A DNA stretch of 64,000 nt. Source: Haliotis rufescens (taxonomy: Eukaryota). The DNA lies in assembly GCF_023055435.1 (NCBI RefSeq), contig NW_025963879.1, positions 15,438,001 through 15,502,000 on the forward strand, written 5' to 3'. The notes under the pieces are model-generated. The model was given only the letters and a program-made list of their open reading frames with translations, did not search any database and was not told the origin of the DNA. Within the stretch, counting starts at the first letter, position 1. Each line of letters starts with the position of its first letter. Below are positions 12,083 to 24,333 of this stretch, in pieces. The position numbers were made by a program, and so were the translations under genes.

Positions 12083-14159
12083 ATAGATTTCCATGGAAAT
12101 TTTATTATGATGTTTGTGTACCAAAAACAATGCAAAAGCTATTGGGCATTTCATTTCAAACTACTTTTCAGAGTTGTGGTTAACGTCATGTTTAGTATAA
12201 TCAATCTGTAATTAATATTAAACCATAAATTGCTTCTGAGGCACAAACTAATAAAGATATGTATGGTCCCATGTGGTTTCATCTTATCGCTGGCAGGTGA
12301 ATGTAATCATTGCTATCTACAATTCATGCACTGGATAATACTTATCTGGTGTAAATGTCATTAATCTTCAGTGACGTTCAGTTGTTCCTCTTGAATTTGC
12401 TGTTGAAGCCGGACGTTATCTTATGAAAGAAAAGACAGATTATATATGTTGAATATATTGAAGATTAATTCCACGTTCTTCTCAGGGGAACACAGTATCC
12501 AGGTTTAAGTAAATACAGTATATAAATATAACGCAAGAGAATGACCAGTCTCGATTGTTCAACGAAACAGGTTACATTGCTCTTTGCTAAGGCAGAATAG
12601 CGGGGATAATGACATGAATGAATCACTGAAGATCAGTGATAACACCATGCCCCGCCCTACCGGTAGCAATCACTCACACGATTTACATAAAAGAGTAAGT
12701 GTTTGTTTATAACCTGACGCCGTAAAACTGTAAAAAAAAAGTTTAAGACATTAATGTTCACTGATAAAAACTGTACATGTCGTAAACTGGTCTCAATTTC
12801 ATAATTGAATGTGCATTTGGCAGAGATTGTTGATGAATATGGAAAGAGTTGTCAACACTTGTCAGTGTTTTGCAAACCTGTTGAGAAACAAATGTGTCTT
12901 GAACTCGTTTCTCGCAACGGCTTGTCTCTGGTCACTGTATACTATTGGCATAGTGTTATTCGGTATTCAGATACACAGTGATAAATTGATTTGATAAATA
13001 GTACGTGTTACTGCTCAGATATTGAGTGTCAAGTCATTTGTGCGACAAGACCATGCCCTCTGAATCGTGGGCGTTGCAACATATTGTGTTTAGATGTCCA
13101 TCAGTTATCACTTGTACTCACTGAGCGATGTACATCACCAGCCGATTATATCTTATCATATCACACTCCCCCGCAGACGCGCCGGCAGTGATCTGATGCC
13201 GTCCCATTCTGTTCACACTTTCACTTCAACAACCTTTCAATGTCCTCTTGCCGGTGAGGTGATAGAAATTATGTGGTTTTGTGAAACGCTTATGGGAAAA
13301 GCCGCCAATTTTACATAGCATTTTAAACACTAATAATTAATCAAGGCCTAATCGTACTTCTTTATGGACATTAAACACATATTAATATTTACATACTCAG
13401 CTACGACATAAGGGTAGCCAGTTAAAAAATGATTTGTGTAGATTAGGAATTAAAGACACAACAGGATGTTTATGTGGTAGTAAATGTGAAAATACATATA
13501 TTAATTTCTTTGAATGTAAAATTTGAAAGAGACTTATGTAATATGTAAATTATATTGTTGTCACTGTTCACTTACCTTACCTTTCCTTCTCTTTCCTAAT
13601 TAATGTTCTGTTCATATATGATACAAGTTCAATCAATCAATAATATCCGGGAGAAAGGTATTCTAAGTTAAAGAACATGTACCCAATCACGTTCCCTTTT
13701 TTTGAATATAATATGTTAAAACCAAACCCGTCAATACATTCGATGTCCGGAAATGTCGTTTGGGAGCATCGGCATTGTCGGTTCAATGACCGACGGAAGT
13801 TTGAAAATGTTTATCGATAAACCAAACTATATATTTCATAGTGTTATCCTTCAAACTGTATTCAAGATCAACATTTTAATTTTAAGATCAACTTGCAGAT
13901 TATGACGTCTGTATACAGGGGATGACGCAATTGAACCGCCTGGTTAATATATCGTAGAGAAATTGACTGAAGCATAGTTGCTCTGATGAGTAATTAATCA
14001 AACTAGAACAAATGCGTGTCCCTATGCCGACAGTCAAATCTATCAAATTAACTGAAACGGAGACATTTTGTTTATACCGTTAACGGCGAATGCCTATACA
14101 AAACGAAAGAACAAGGACAGTTCAGGGTTTCGAATTCCATTTAAAATTTTAAAACCAAT

Positions 14160-14660
14160 GACCCAGTGTGGAATCCGGGTAAAATAAGTCCTCAGCAGCC
14201 TATGCTGGTCGTAAGAGGCGACCAAATGTATCGGATAGCAGGGCTCGGCAACTTGGGTGATTTCCTGTCATTGTACCCCGACAACGTGGGTCATTATTCA
14301 AAATATGAATGACTGGATTTTCTGGTCCAGACGCGATTATTTACAGGCCCGGAGTGCGGAGTTAAGCAGCTCTCACACTTTGCCGAGGTGGTTGCCGACC
14401 TCTGCCGAGCCTGAGTGTGTTACGAGTTTGTTACGAGTTTACTTGGAGTTGGCTGGCGGCCCGACTGTTTTGAGCAGTTCGAAAACTCTCGCAGATAAGT
14501 ACGAGGTATCCCGAGTTACCCCGAGTTATCCCGAGTTACCCCGAGTTTGGTACGACCTCGCTACGAGCTCCATACGAGTACCCCCGAGTCATCTCGGGTC
14601 CATACTCGGGACGCAACTCGGCAAAGTGTGAGAGCCCCTTTAAACACAAACAAACAAGCG
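14160..14660 (+). mobile_element. Older copy of non-tRNA-headed SINE-like element, tail interrupted by a MITE
   Basis: GACCCAGTGTGGAATCCGGGTAAAATAAGTCCTCAGC...GGTCGTAAGAGGCGACC...GAGTGCGGAGTTA [MITE] AACACAAACAAAC. Confidence 0.75.
14365..14639. mobile_element. PIF/Harbinger-type MITE (275 bp)
   Basis: TIRs AGCAGCTCTCACACTTTGCCGAG / CTCGGCAAAGTGTGAGAGCCCCT, 3-bp TSD TTA (14362-14364, 14640-14642), internal CCCGAGTTA repeats. Confidence 0.85.
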
Positions 14661-15569
14661 AACAATCCAATCCGAGAGTGGCGTGTAATTCCAGCTTTAA
14701 AAAATATATATAGTGAAACGTGCGATAACGTTTCATCTTGCAAATATTGGCGTCAAAATAACGCCAGAGCAAAGCGTACTCATTCGGTTACTCAATAAGT
14801 ATAAGGCTTTTTAACCTAAAATCTTTCAATAAATATATTCGTCTCTCCATATTATTCTTTAATCCGTATATCCTGGATCGACAACTGGCCATTTTGCTAT
14901 TTCTGCGATACTGATATTCGGTGACATTAGTGGTCAGTATGCTATATTGCCGCAAACAGATCCCGAAGCTGATTATGATCTTTGGTCAGCTAGCATCCGA
15001 CATTGTACCCCCCCCCCCCCCCCCCCCCCCCGCCCACCCTCGTGGTCAAAAGAAGCTTTCATATATAAGAACTAACTACACTTACCCTGCATATCATCAA
15101 TACGGAAAGGATACCAGACTCTACATTCGCCAAGACTCCTTCAATAATGTTACAAAATACAAGTTGGACATTGTTTCGTCTCGCAGACTTGCTAAATATA
15201 TTCAAAAGGTGAATCAGTAGATTCTGTGAAGGTAGTTCGACGAACATTGTACAGTTCGGGTTTCATGTTGTGTCTTTAAATATCACCTACTCAACTGACA
15301 CTAAGTGACAGGGGAAATATTGGGTTTGATGTATTTGTGCACATATATCCGCTCACTCACACACACAAACTGTTGTCGGCAATGGTTGCTCCGAAATCTC
15401 AGTGCATACTAATTTCCCACTGAAATTTACATGATTTGTGCTTTGTGTTTTCAGATAAATGGTAAATATAATGTCTAGGATGTGAAATCAAAATAAAACA
15501 GCCATGAAATCCACAGTGCGATGTTATTTTGTGCGTGTATTCATGCACAGAGGAACCTTTTACGGAAAT

Positions 15570-15652
15570 CCACATGGGTACAGTGTGTGAAGCTCATTTC
15601 CGCCGTGATATTGCTGGATAAATGCGGCGTAAAACAATACAAACTCACTCAC
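15570..15652 (+). mobile_element. Truncated tRNA-Asp-like SINE
   Basis: CATGGGTACAGTGTGTGAAGCTCATTTC...CCGTGATATTGCTGGA...GCGGCGTAAAAC...ACTCACTC. Confidence 0.7.
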
Positions 15653-16177
15653 ATTTACGCAGAGAACGAGTACACGTATACATACTTGTAGACTATATTG
15701 AACAAGCGATTACAACATACAGTTCTTTCAGCAAAATGTAAAGAACTACAAAAACGCTGACCTAATCATTTATTTCATGACGCACTCGATTTGTTTGTTG
15801 TAACACGCCACAACTCACTATGAGGAGCGAGCATGCTGACAACGTGTTTTGTTAAATGTCAAGTTTTGCATAACAAATAAGCTACACAAGTATTGTTAAA
15901 ACGTGCTTGTGCATAGGCAAATAAGCTTTCCTCCTTGAAGATAGCTTATAACAGCTGGGAATAGTTCCGGATAAAGTGGATTCGAGGTATTCTGCAGGGA
16001 TTGATTGATTGTTTGGTTGTTGTCACTACTCTTGCAGCTGTATCACGAGGTTCTTGTTAATACTCATATCTGGGCCAGACAAGCCGGTAGTTGCCATGAT
16101 GAGCACCGTTCTGTGCCGTCGGTGTACGATAGGACGCAATTAACTAAATCACTGAGTTATATCATCTAAGCCAATTT

Positions 16178-16357
16178 GGGCCGGTCGGGTAGCCTAGTGG
16201 TTAAAGCGGTCGCTCGTCACGCCGAAGACCACTAGGCTCGATTCCCGACATGGGTACAATGTGTTAAGCCCATTTCTGGTGTCCCCCGCCGTGATATTGC
16301 TGGAATATTGCTAAAAGCGGCGTAAAACCATACTCACTCACTCACTCACTCACTCAC
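16178..16357 (+). mobile_element. Short tRNA-derived SINE (Asp-like head, (ACTC)n tail)
   Basis: A box TAGCCTAGTGG, GTC anticodon-like loop, B box-like GCTCGATTCC. TSD TCTAAGCYAATTT. Confidence 0.88.
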
Positions 16358-16471
16358 TCTAAGCTAATTTATTGATGGCAGGGTACAAGCTGTTGACTGT
16401 TTGGGACCCATTTTTACCCGGGTTCCGTATTTTGTATTGAGGATGCTATGTTTGAATTACTTTGTATTACA

Positions 16472-16642
16472 GGGGCGGTCGGGTAGCCTGGTGGTTAGAG
16501 CGTTCGACCGTCACGCCGAGGACCCGGGTTCGATTCCCGACATGGGTACAATGTGTGAAGCCCATTTCTGGTGTCCCCCGCCGTTATATTGCTGGAATAA
16601 TGCTAATAATATGGCGGCGTAAAACCAAACTCACTCACTCAC
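16472..16642 (+). mobile_element. Short tRNA-derived SINE (Asp-like head)
   Basis: Same family as 16178. Perfect 14-bp TSD TACTTTGTATTACA (16458-16471, 16643-16656). Confidence 0.9.
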
Positions 16643-16989
16643 TACTTTGTATTACAAGAAGCATGGAAACTAAACTATTTTTAACACGGTGTTAATCTCA
16701 TCTCATTAAATATGGTTATAAAATTCGTATGGTTAACATTCTATTCGATGACATAAGTGGTTGGTACCTTATAATGCCGCAAACTGATCCCGAAGCTGAT
16801 TATGATCTTTGGTCAACTAGCATCCTACATTGTACACGTGTTCGTGGTTTCAAGGAAGCGATCGAATTTCGTTAAACGTGGGATTTCCCTGAACATTAAA
16901 CTAATCATCGCGATGTTACTGATTATATAATCTCGCAGAAAAAGCAACTATGCTTTATGTTAATTGTTGTAAATATTATGTTATTAAAA

Positions 16990-17530
16990 ATAACAACTGA
17001 CCCAACCGCCCAAAAGAACGATGTTGAATAAACATCGCCAAAACGTTCTCCTGTACGCTTGTAGATCCTTGCACGACCATCGGAGCTGTCAAGATGAAAC
17101 CTGGACTCATCTGTGAACAGGATACTGTCCCAGTCTCGTATTCTGAACCTCAGATGATGTCGTCACCAAGCTAGGGGTGCCTGACTGTGACGTGTGAGCA
17201 AACCTAGGCGAATTGCTGGACATTGGCACCGGATGTTGTGCTCCCTCATCCGGTTGCCTACGGTTCAGTCAATCTCAACCAAGGAATTGTCCGAGTTGTA
17301 ATATGGTAGTTTGGTGTGGATTAAGTAGATGCACCAACCGAATATAGTTGCTTTGTTGACGTGACGTCACACGTGGACAACCGGACCGTGGCAAGCCATG
17401 AGTCGTCTCCAAAGATGGTATTGTATTTCGACGAACATTAACATGTCTGGCAAATTCCTGTTTGCAGCATACCCACAGCGCGCATGTGAACCTGGTGGCG
17501 ATTCGGAAGTAAATATTATGTGCTGTTCAA
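16990..17530 (-). mobile_element. Decayed Tc1-like transposase fragment
   Basis: Minus strand of ~17060-17135 reads WDSILFTDESRFHLDSSDGRARIY (first catalytic Asp motif of Tc1 DDE). Disrupted elsewhere. Confidence 0.75.
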
Positions 17531-17779
17531 ACACGCAACATCAAAATTGTGCTCCGTGCATTAACATGCACAAACAAACCCACCCAACAACGCACGTACT
17601 CATTCACTCACCCGCTCATTCAAACGTAAATCCATCAGCCCAGGTCTGTGTCTCTGTTCTATTTTTTCATGTCGTGTACCTTGATCGACAAGTGGTGATT
17701 TTGCGCCATCGCTATTATATTCCTGTACAAGCGTGAATTACTTATGTCCTTTATGTCTTAAGGTGATTATACTTGTCGT

Positions 17780-17942
17780 GATAAACGGGATAGGGATCGG
17801 GGTCAAGGCTCGCTGACTTGGTTCATCACAACCCAGTCGCATAGATCGAGGCTCATGATGTGAACACTGGATAATCTGGTCCATAGTCGATATTTTTACA
17901 GACCGCTGTCAAATTCCTGGATGCGGCGTTCAACAACAAACA
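17780..17942 (+). mobile_element. Partial non-tRNA-headed SINE-like element
   Basis: GGGATCGGG...GGCTCGCTGACTTGGTT...CTGGTCCA...TACAGACCGC...GCGGCGTTCAACAAC. Confidence 0.7.
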
Positions 17943-18002
17943 GAGATATGTAGTTACATGCATGTACACGTATATTGTCGGGACTATGCAATCGATATAA
18001 AG

Positions 18003-20229
18003 TGGCCTCCAACAATATAAGAAATGATAAATGACCTCCAACAATACCAGAAATGACTAATGACCTCCAACAATACCAGAAATGACTAATGGCAGGCAAC
18101 AATACAGGAACGATTAATGACATGCAACAATACAAGACATGATTAATGTCCTCCAACATTAGAAGAAATGACTAATGAGCACCAACGATACCAGAAATGA
18201 CTAATGTCCTCCAACGATACCAGAAATGACTAATGTCCTCCAACAATACCAGAAATGACTAATGTCCTCCAACAATACCAGAAATGACTAATGTCTTCCA
18301 ACAATACCAGAAATGACTAATGGCAGGCAACAATACAGGAACGATTAATGACATGCAACAATACAAGACATGATTAATGTCCTCCAACATTAGAAGAAAT
18401 GACTAATGACCACCAACGATACCAGAAATGACTAATGTCCTCCAACGATACCAGAAATGACTAATGTCCTCCAACAATACCAGAAATGACTAATGTCCTC
18501 CAACAATACCAGAAATGACTAATGTCCTCCAACAATACCAGAAATGACTAATGGCCTCCAACAATACCAGAAATGATAATGGCCTCCAACAATACCAGAA
18601 ATGATTAATGACCTCCAACACTACCAGAATTTTTTTAATGACCTCCAACAATACTAGAAATGATTACTGACCTCCAAGAATACCAGAAATGATCAGTGAC
18701 CTCAAACAATACCAGAAATGGTTAATGGCTTCCAACAATACCAGAAATGACTTATCACCTTATCACCTCCAACGATACCAGAAATGATTATTGGCCTCCA
18801 ACAATACCACAAATGATAAATGACATGCAACAATACCAGAAATGATAAATGACCACCAACAATACCAGAAATGATTAATGACCTCAAACAATGGCAGAAA
18901 TGATTAATTGTCTCCAACAATACCAGAAATGACTAATGGCCTCCAACAATACCAGCAATCATTTATGACCTCCAACAATACCAGAAATGATAAATGGCAT
19001 GCAACAATACAGGAACGATTAATGACATGCAACAATACAAGACATGATTAATGTCCTCCAACATTAGAAGAAATGACTAATGAGCACCAACGATACCAGA
19101 AATGACTAATGTCCTCCAACGATACCAGAAATGACTAATGTCCTCCAACAATACCAGAAATGACTAATGTCCTCCAACAATACCAGAAATGACTAATGTC
19201 TTCCAACAATACCAGAAATGACTAATGGCAGGCAACAATACAGGAACGATTAATGACATGCAACAATACAAGACATGATTAATGTCCTCCAACATTAGAA
19301 GAAATGACTAATGACCACCAACGATACCAGAAATGACTAATGTCCTCCAACGATACCAGAAATGACTAATGTCCTCCAACAATACCAGAAATGACTAATG
19401 TCCTCCAACAATACCAGAAATGACTAATGTCCTCCAACAATACCAGAAATGACTAATGGCCTCCAACAATACCAGAAATGATAATGGCCTCCAACAATAC
19501 CAGAAATGATTAATGACCTCCAACACTACCAGAATTTTTTTAATGACCTCCAACAATACTAGAAATGATTACTGACCTCCAAGAATACCAGAAATGATCA
19601 GTGACCTCAAACAATACCAGAAATGGTTAATGGCTTCCAACAATACCAGAAATGACTTATCACCTTATCACCTCCAACGATACCAGAAATGATTATTGGC
19701 CTCCAACAATACCACACATGATAAATGACATGCAACAATACCAGAAATGATAAATGACCACCAACAATACCAGAAATGATTAATGACCTCAAACAATGGC
19801 AGAAATGATTAATTGTCTCCAACAATACCAGAAATGACTAATGGCCTCCAACAATACCAGCAATCATTTATGACCTCCAACAATACCAGAAATGATAAAT
19901 GGCATGCAACAATACAGGAACGATTAATGACATGCAACAATACCAGAAATGATTAATGGCATCAGACAGTATCAGAAATTACTAATGACCTCCAACAATA
20001 CCAGAAATGATTAACGACCACCAACAATACCAGAAATGATTAATGGCCTCAAACAATAGCAGAAATATTTAATGACCTCCAACAATACCAGAAGTGACTA
20101 ATGACCACCAACAATACCAGAAATGACTTATGACCTCCAACAATACCAGAAATGATTAATTGCCTCCAACAATACCAGAAATAATTAATGACCTCCAACA
20201 ATACCAGAAATGATTAATGGCATGCAACA
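18003..20229. repeat. 29-bp satellite array (~77 monomers) with higher-order repeats
   Basis: Unit CCAACAATACCAGAAATGAYTAATGDCCT. Variant blocks recur at offsets of 231 and 905 bp. Confidence 0.95.
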
Positions 20230-23200
20230 GATAAAAGGATTACGAAAAGAATATGATATGCTCTTGATCGCGCTCAATTAAGCCGCCTTTGTGGTTATAC
20301 TCCTTAAATATATATAAACGTAGTATATTATTTCACCTTAAGCTTGCATGCCTTTTTAAGATTTCTAAAGGTCACTGATGACTGTCAGGGTTATCAGATG
20401 TAGACACCTGTGTAGGTGTTTCCAAGGTCATTGCAATGCGCATCGCTCCCTTTTCCTGTACGAAAAGAATCAAAGTATTTAGCAATGAACGGGTAATATC
20501 ATCTTCATCTACTAAACTGACATTAGGTGACAGAGGAAATAAAGGGGAACATGATCTGAAAATCTAAATGTGTCCGTGCGTAGGTGTCCGAACATTGATA
20601 AAATTCATACATTTATGGTAGTCATATATGTATTACGACTCCGAGGCATTCGATGACTGGTCATCATTCTACAGTGATTTAGTATTTATCCTAGTCAGCA
20701 ATGTTACAGTTATATTTAATGTTCTCCATGTTCTCCAAAATATTGACTGAAGTTGGAGAGAGGTAGTTGAGCGAGAAGAACGATCACGTAAACCTATGAT
20801 AAAAGGTACTGTGCATATCATTTGTTTCATCAATTTCAACTTATGGTAACTGTTTCTGCAATAGATTCTTAATTCAGTAGAAGAGTATGTGACATAATTC
20901 ACGTACGAATTTAATGTTTCAATCAGTAGTATTAGTTTTGCGTCGGGAAATACCGTTTTATTAAACCATTGCCATCAGACCATCACTAGTGGTATTAAAA
21001 GTTCAGTAGGAAAATTTCCTGACATTGCAGTTGGCTGAGGTAAATTCTGATGTTCCCCAATAAGTGATTTCAGGAACCACACTTAGCTGTGCAGAAAGGC
21101 GTCCTTTATGCCTCTAGAAATTTATGATTGTGGGTTCGTACCTCAAATTCGCCCCAGTTGTCCTGGCTTGAACATTATGTCACAGTGTGCCAACTTGATG
21201 TAGGAGGCAACTTTACCATTTTGGTGAAACGCAACAATACCACGGGTATGGCAAGACTTGGATCGAACCAATCATGGTTGTCGGCGTTGGGAATATTTGG
21301 ACCCCATGACAAAAAAGTACTGTAGTCATTTCTATTTTTATCTAAGCGTAAAAACAAAATTCTGAAGCAAATGTCCTTGAAGACATACCTTTAGATAATT
21401 TGCATGGTCTGCACGTTGTTGTTTGCTAATTAACCGTTAAACACACGTGTTTTACCATGTGAGTCGCTTTTATGGTCACACATATTTATATTTGTTGTTA
21501 TGGCTTTACCGTGCTTCTAGTTGACAGCATCCCATTCGAGAGCACTCATGTGACGGAGCGGCAGTCACGTGGCTCAGACGACAAGGAAATCGAAACACAT
21601 GGAATGCCATGTGGGCAGACAAGCATATTGATTATCTGAGAGAATTCAAATAAATAGGCCACATTTCCAAGAGGAAAGTTTTGTGAGATTTAATAGGAAT
21701 TTTAGGTTAGATTCATATCGACCCATGTCGTAATAAAAGTAGTACTCAGTAAAAAACATTATGATATATGATTATTCGTTATTGTCTTATATGATATCGA
21801 CTGTGAATGGAACCAATTTCCAATCATTGTGAGTTTGTGAAATAATTATTATTTATTTTATTCAATAGTATATTCGCAATCACCCGTGACCACAAATGTG
21901 AGAAACTGTAAACGCCTAAGGAAGTGTCTTTGATCGTTTTTTTCAGATATTTGTTGGAACTTGTTTTGGCGTATTTTTGTGAATGTTAATCTGTGAAATA
22001 TACCAAGAAATATGATGAAACAGTAATGCATAATCTGTGCGAACTTGCAAGCATAGCATTATCTGTGAAAGTATTCAACATAGACGGGGAAATAGTAAAA
22101 TCATTTTCTGTGAAAATGTCCAAAATGCCTGTTCACGTTGTTATAACTTAATTTACTTTACCAAGAAAACAAATTCAGTGTGGTACGTAAACAGAAACTC
22201 CTACAGGTTAAATGCACTTCTGGCTACACTATATATTACCCATTGACGTCATGGGAAAGACGCTTTCAGCATTCCTTTAAGGAAAGACAAACTTGTGAAT
22301 GGATGACTGTGATGGATGCAACCGATTTTTTGTAACCATTCCTACTTCCATGGTGGCCGTTTTATTATAAAACGCAAACTTTTATACGTTGTGTCCCTTT
22401 CCGTGATCTGATGTGGATAATGGTTTCTTGCGAAACAGACAGGTTGTGTGTTCTTGTATCACATTTACAGCAGCTATCGGTTATACATTATATGTTTATA
22501 TTATGAGACCAATGCCACATGCAAATTTCTTTCCAAAACATAAATGAAGGTTCCGGATGAAAATAAAGAAGGTGGTTGGCTGTATTTAGCCTTTCCCAGA
22601 TGTATAGCAAACAAAATACCATCCCTTCTATGCGTTCATGATATATCCATAAATCAAATACGGCCAGTGAAGTAGTCCTACAGAAAGTGTTAAACAAACA
22701 AGAAACGGTTATTCAAAGGTGACGTATTTGATACGAGTATCATAGTTGTGTTTGGTATCCTTCAGTTTGCGGTGTTCTGGAGAGTGTTTTCAGCCTAAAA
22801 ACGTTTCGATAACGTTTGCAATTATTTGGTGACTTGCAAGTTTCAATTGTATATTTCTTTCGCCCGGCAGAAAGGCGCGACCAACATAACGTCGGATAGA
22901 TGCCAATACTACTCTCTGATGACTCTCCCTGAATGAACACCTGGTGTCATCACTGATTTTTCACGATCCATTCTTATTATTTTCACCGCTGTTTTGCTTC
23001 ACGCCCAGTGGAATCTGTTTCGGCGAATGATAAAGACTGGTCATTCTCTGGTGTGGACGTTATATATTTCCTGTACAGCAACGTAGGAACTCCGAGTAAG
23101 AATAGATCCAACTAAAATAATACAGGGTGGTTACAATTCGTGCCATTGCTGATAGTTTGTCCACCAACGTCCATGTCACCACTGGCCTGGCGATATTGCT

Positions 23201-23487
23201 GTAGTGCACACGAAACAACATTCACGCACCAACATAATATAAAGCTTGCGCAACATGCAAAATGGAATAACTTAAACTGTAATTGATTGTATCTGATTTA
23301 TACTTACATCATTCGTTTAGAAATTTATTACTTCTCAAAACCATATTCAACTTTATAAGACTTCGAGTCAGACGCATTTCTATTACTATCGATAGATGCC
23401 AATATATCTTGTGATAATATGAACTATTTATATATATATACTTATATGGTATTGAGAAGTAATAAGTTAAGATTACCACCAAACATG

Positions 23488-23489
<2 letters not shown>

Positions 23490-23571
<82 letters not shown>

Positions 23572-23572
23572 T
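23490..23572. repeat. (TA)n(CA)n microsatellite
   Basis: Directly visible. Confidence 0.97.
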
Positions 23573-24158
23573 AATTAGTTCATATTACCACATAACGCAT
23601 ACACATATTACCACCAATCATATTGGCATCCATCGATAGTAATAAATCATGTCAGCATGATGGTTTGAATATATATAGGTCGGAAGGTCAAAGCAATTAT
23701 ATTGATAGTCACTGTATAATACTCTACTTCAGATGAGACATATTAACATTGGTTGACAGAAGTATACAGGGGAAATATTGCTCGTTATTTAGTAATGGTA
23801 CATTTACCAAAATATTCACATAAATCATATGAAATGATGTAGGGCACTGACCCTGATAGGCATCGTAATGTGTCACATTGAACAATGATGCCAATATGTT
23901 ACATGTTCAATAAATAACAGTAAATGATTGTAAAATGCGAGGATATTCTCATTATTAACATTTGATGTGACATGTTCATGTGTTTTACGACGGTCGTTAA
24001 CAGGAAATAAGTTTTGCTTTTGAGTATTGTTCAGTTCAGACCACTGTTCTTTGTCGTGTGTTAGAGAGATTTTATACTGCACCTACATGTGTAGTTGATG
24101 GCTAAGTATGCGTCATACAATATACACGATGTAAATTATACATTTCTTTTTTATGGTA

Positions 24159-24333
24159 CAGTAAACTAGGGTTATAACAAACTCAAAGGGACTACTAATT
24201 TTAGATCATTATAACCGTTGTTCGTTATAAGCATATGTAAGTGTAACTACAGCAAATAGTCGGGTCCAAAAAAGTAAGTTCGTTATATCCGTCAGGTCGT
24301 TATCAGCGTTTTCGTTATAACTGTAGTTTACTG
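24159..24333. mobile_element. Tc1/mariner (pogo/Tigger-type) MITE
   Basis: TA|CAGTAAACTAGGGTTATAAC ... GTTATAACTGTAGTTTACTG|TA. TA TSD and internal CGTTATA subrepeats. Confidence 0.85.

Noticed and set aside
11689-12154. 148-aa and 136-aa minus-strand ORFs
   Set aside because: Products of the 38-bp tandem repeat.
13980-14010. CTGATGAG hammerhead core start
   Set aside because: No stem II or GAAA follows.
18003-20229. CRISPR-like regular repeats and ORFs 17896, 18702, 19607
   Set aside because: Monomers are contiguous with no unique spacers, there are no cas genes, and the context is eukaryotic.
23309-23572. ORFs with YIYIYI, CVCVCV, HTHT or poly-P/G runs (also 14921, 50801-51167, 51409)
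   Set aside because: Translations of microsatellites and poly-C tracts.
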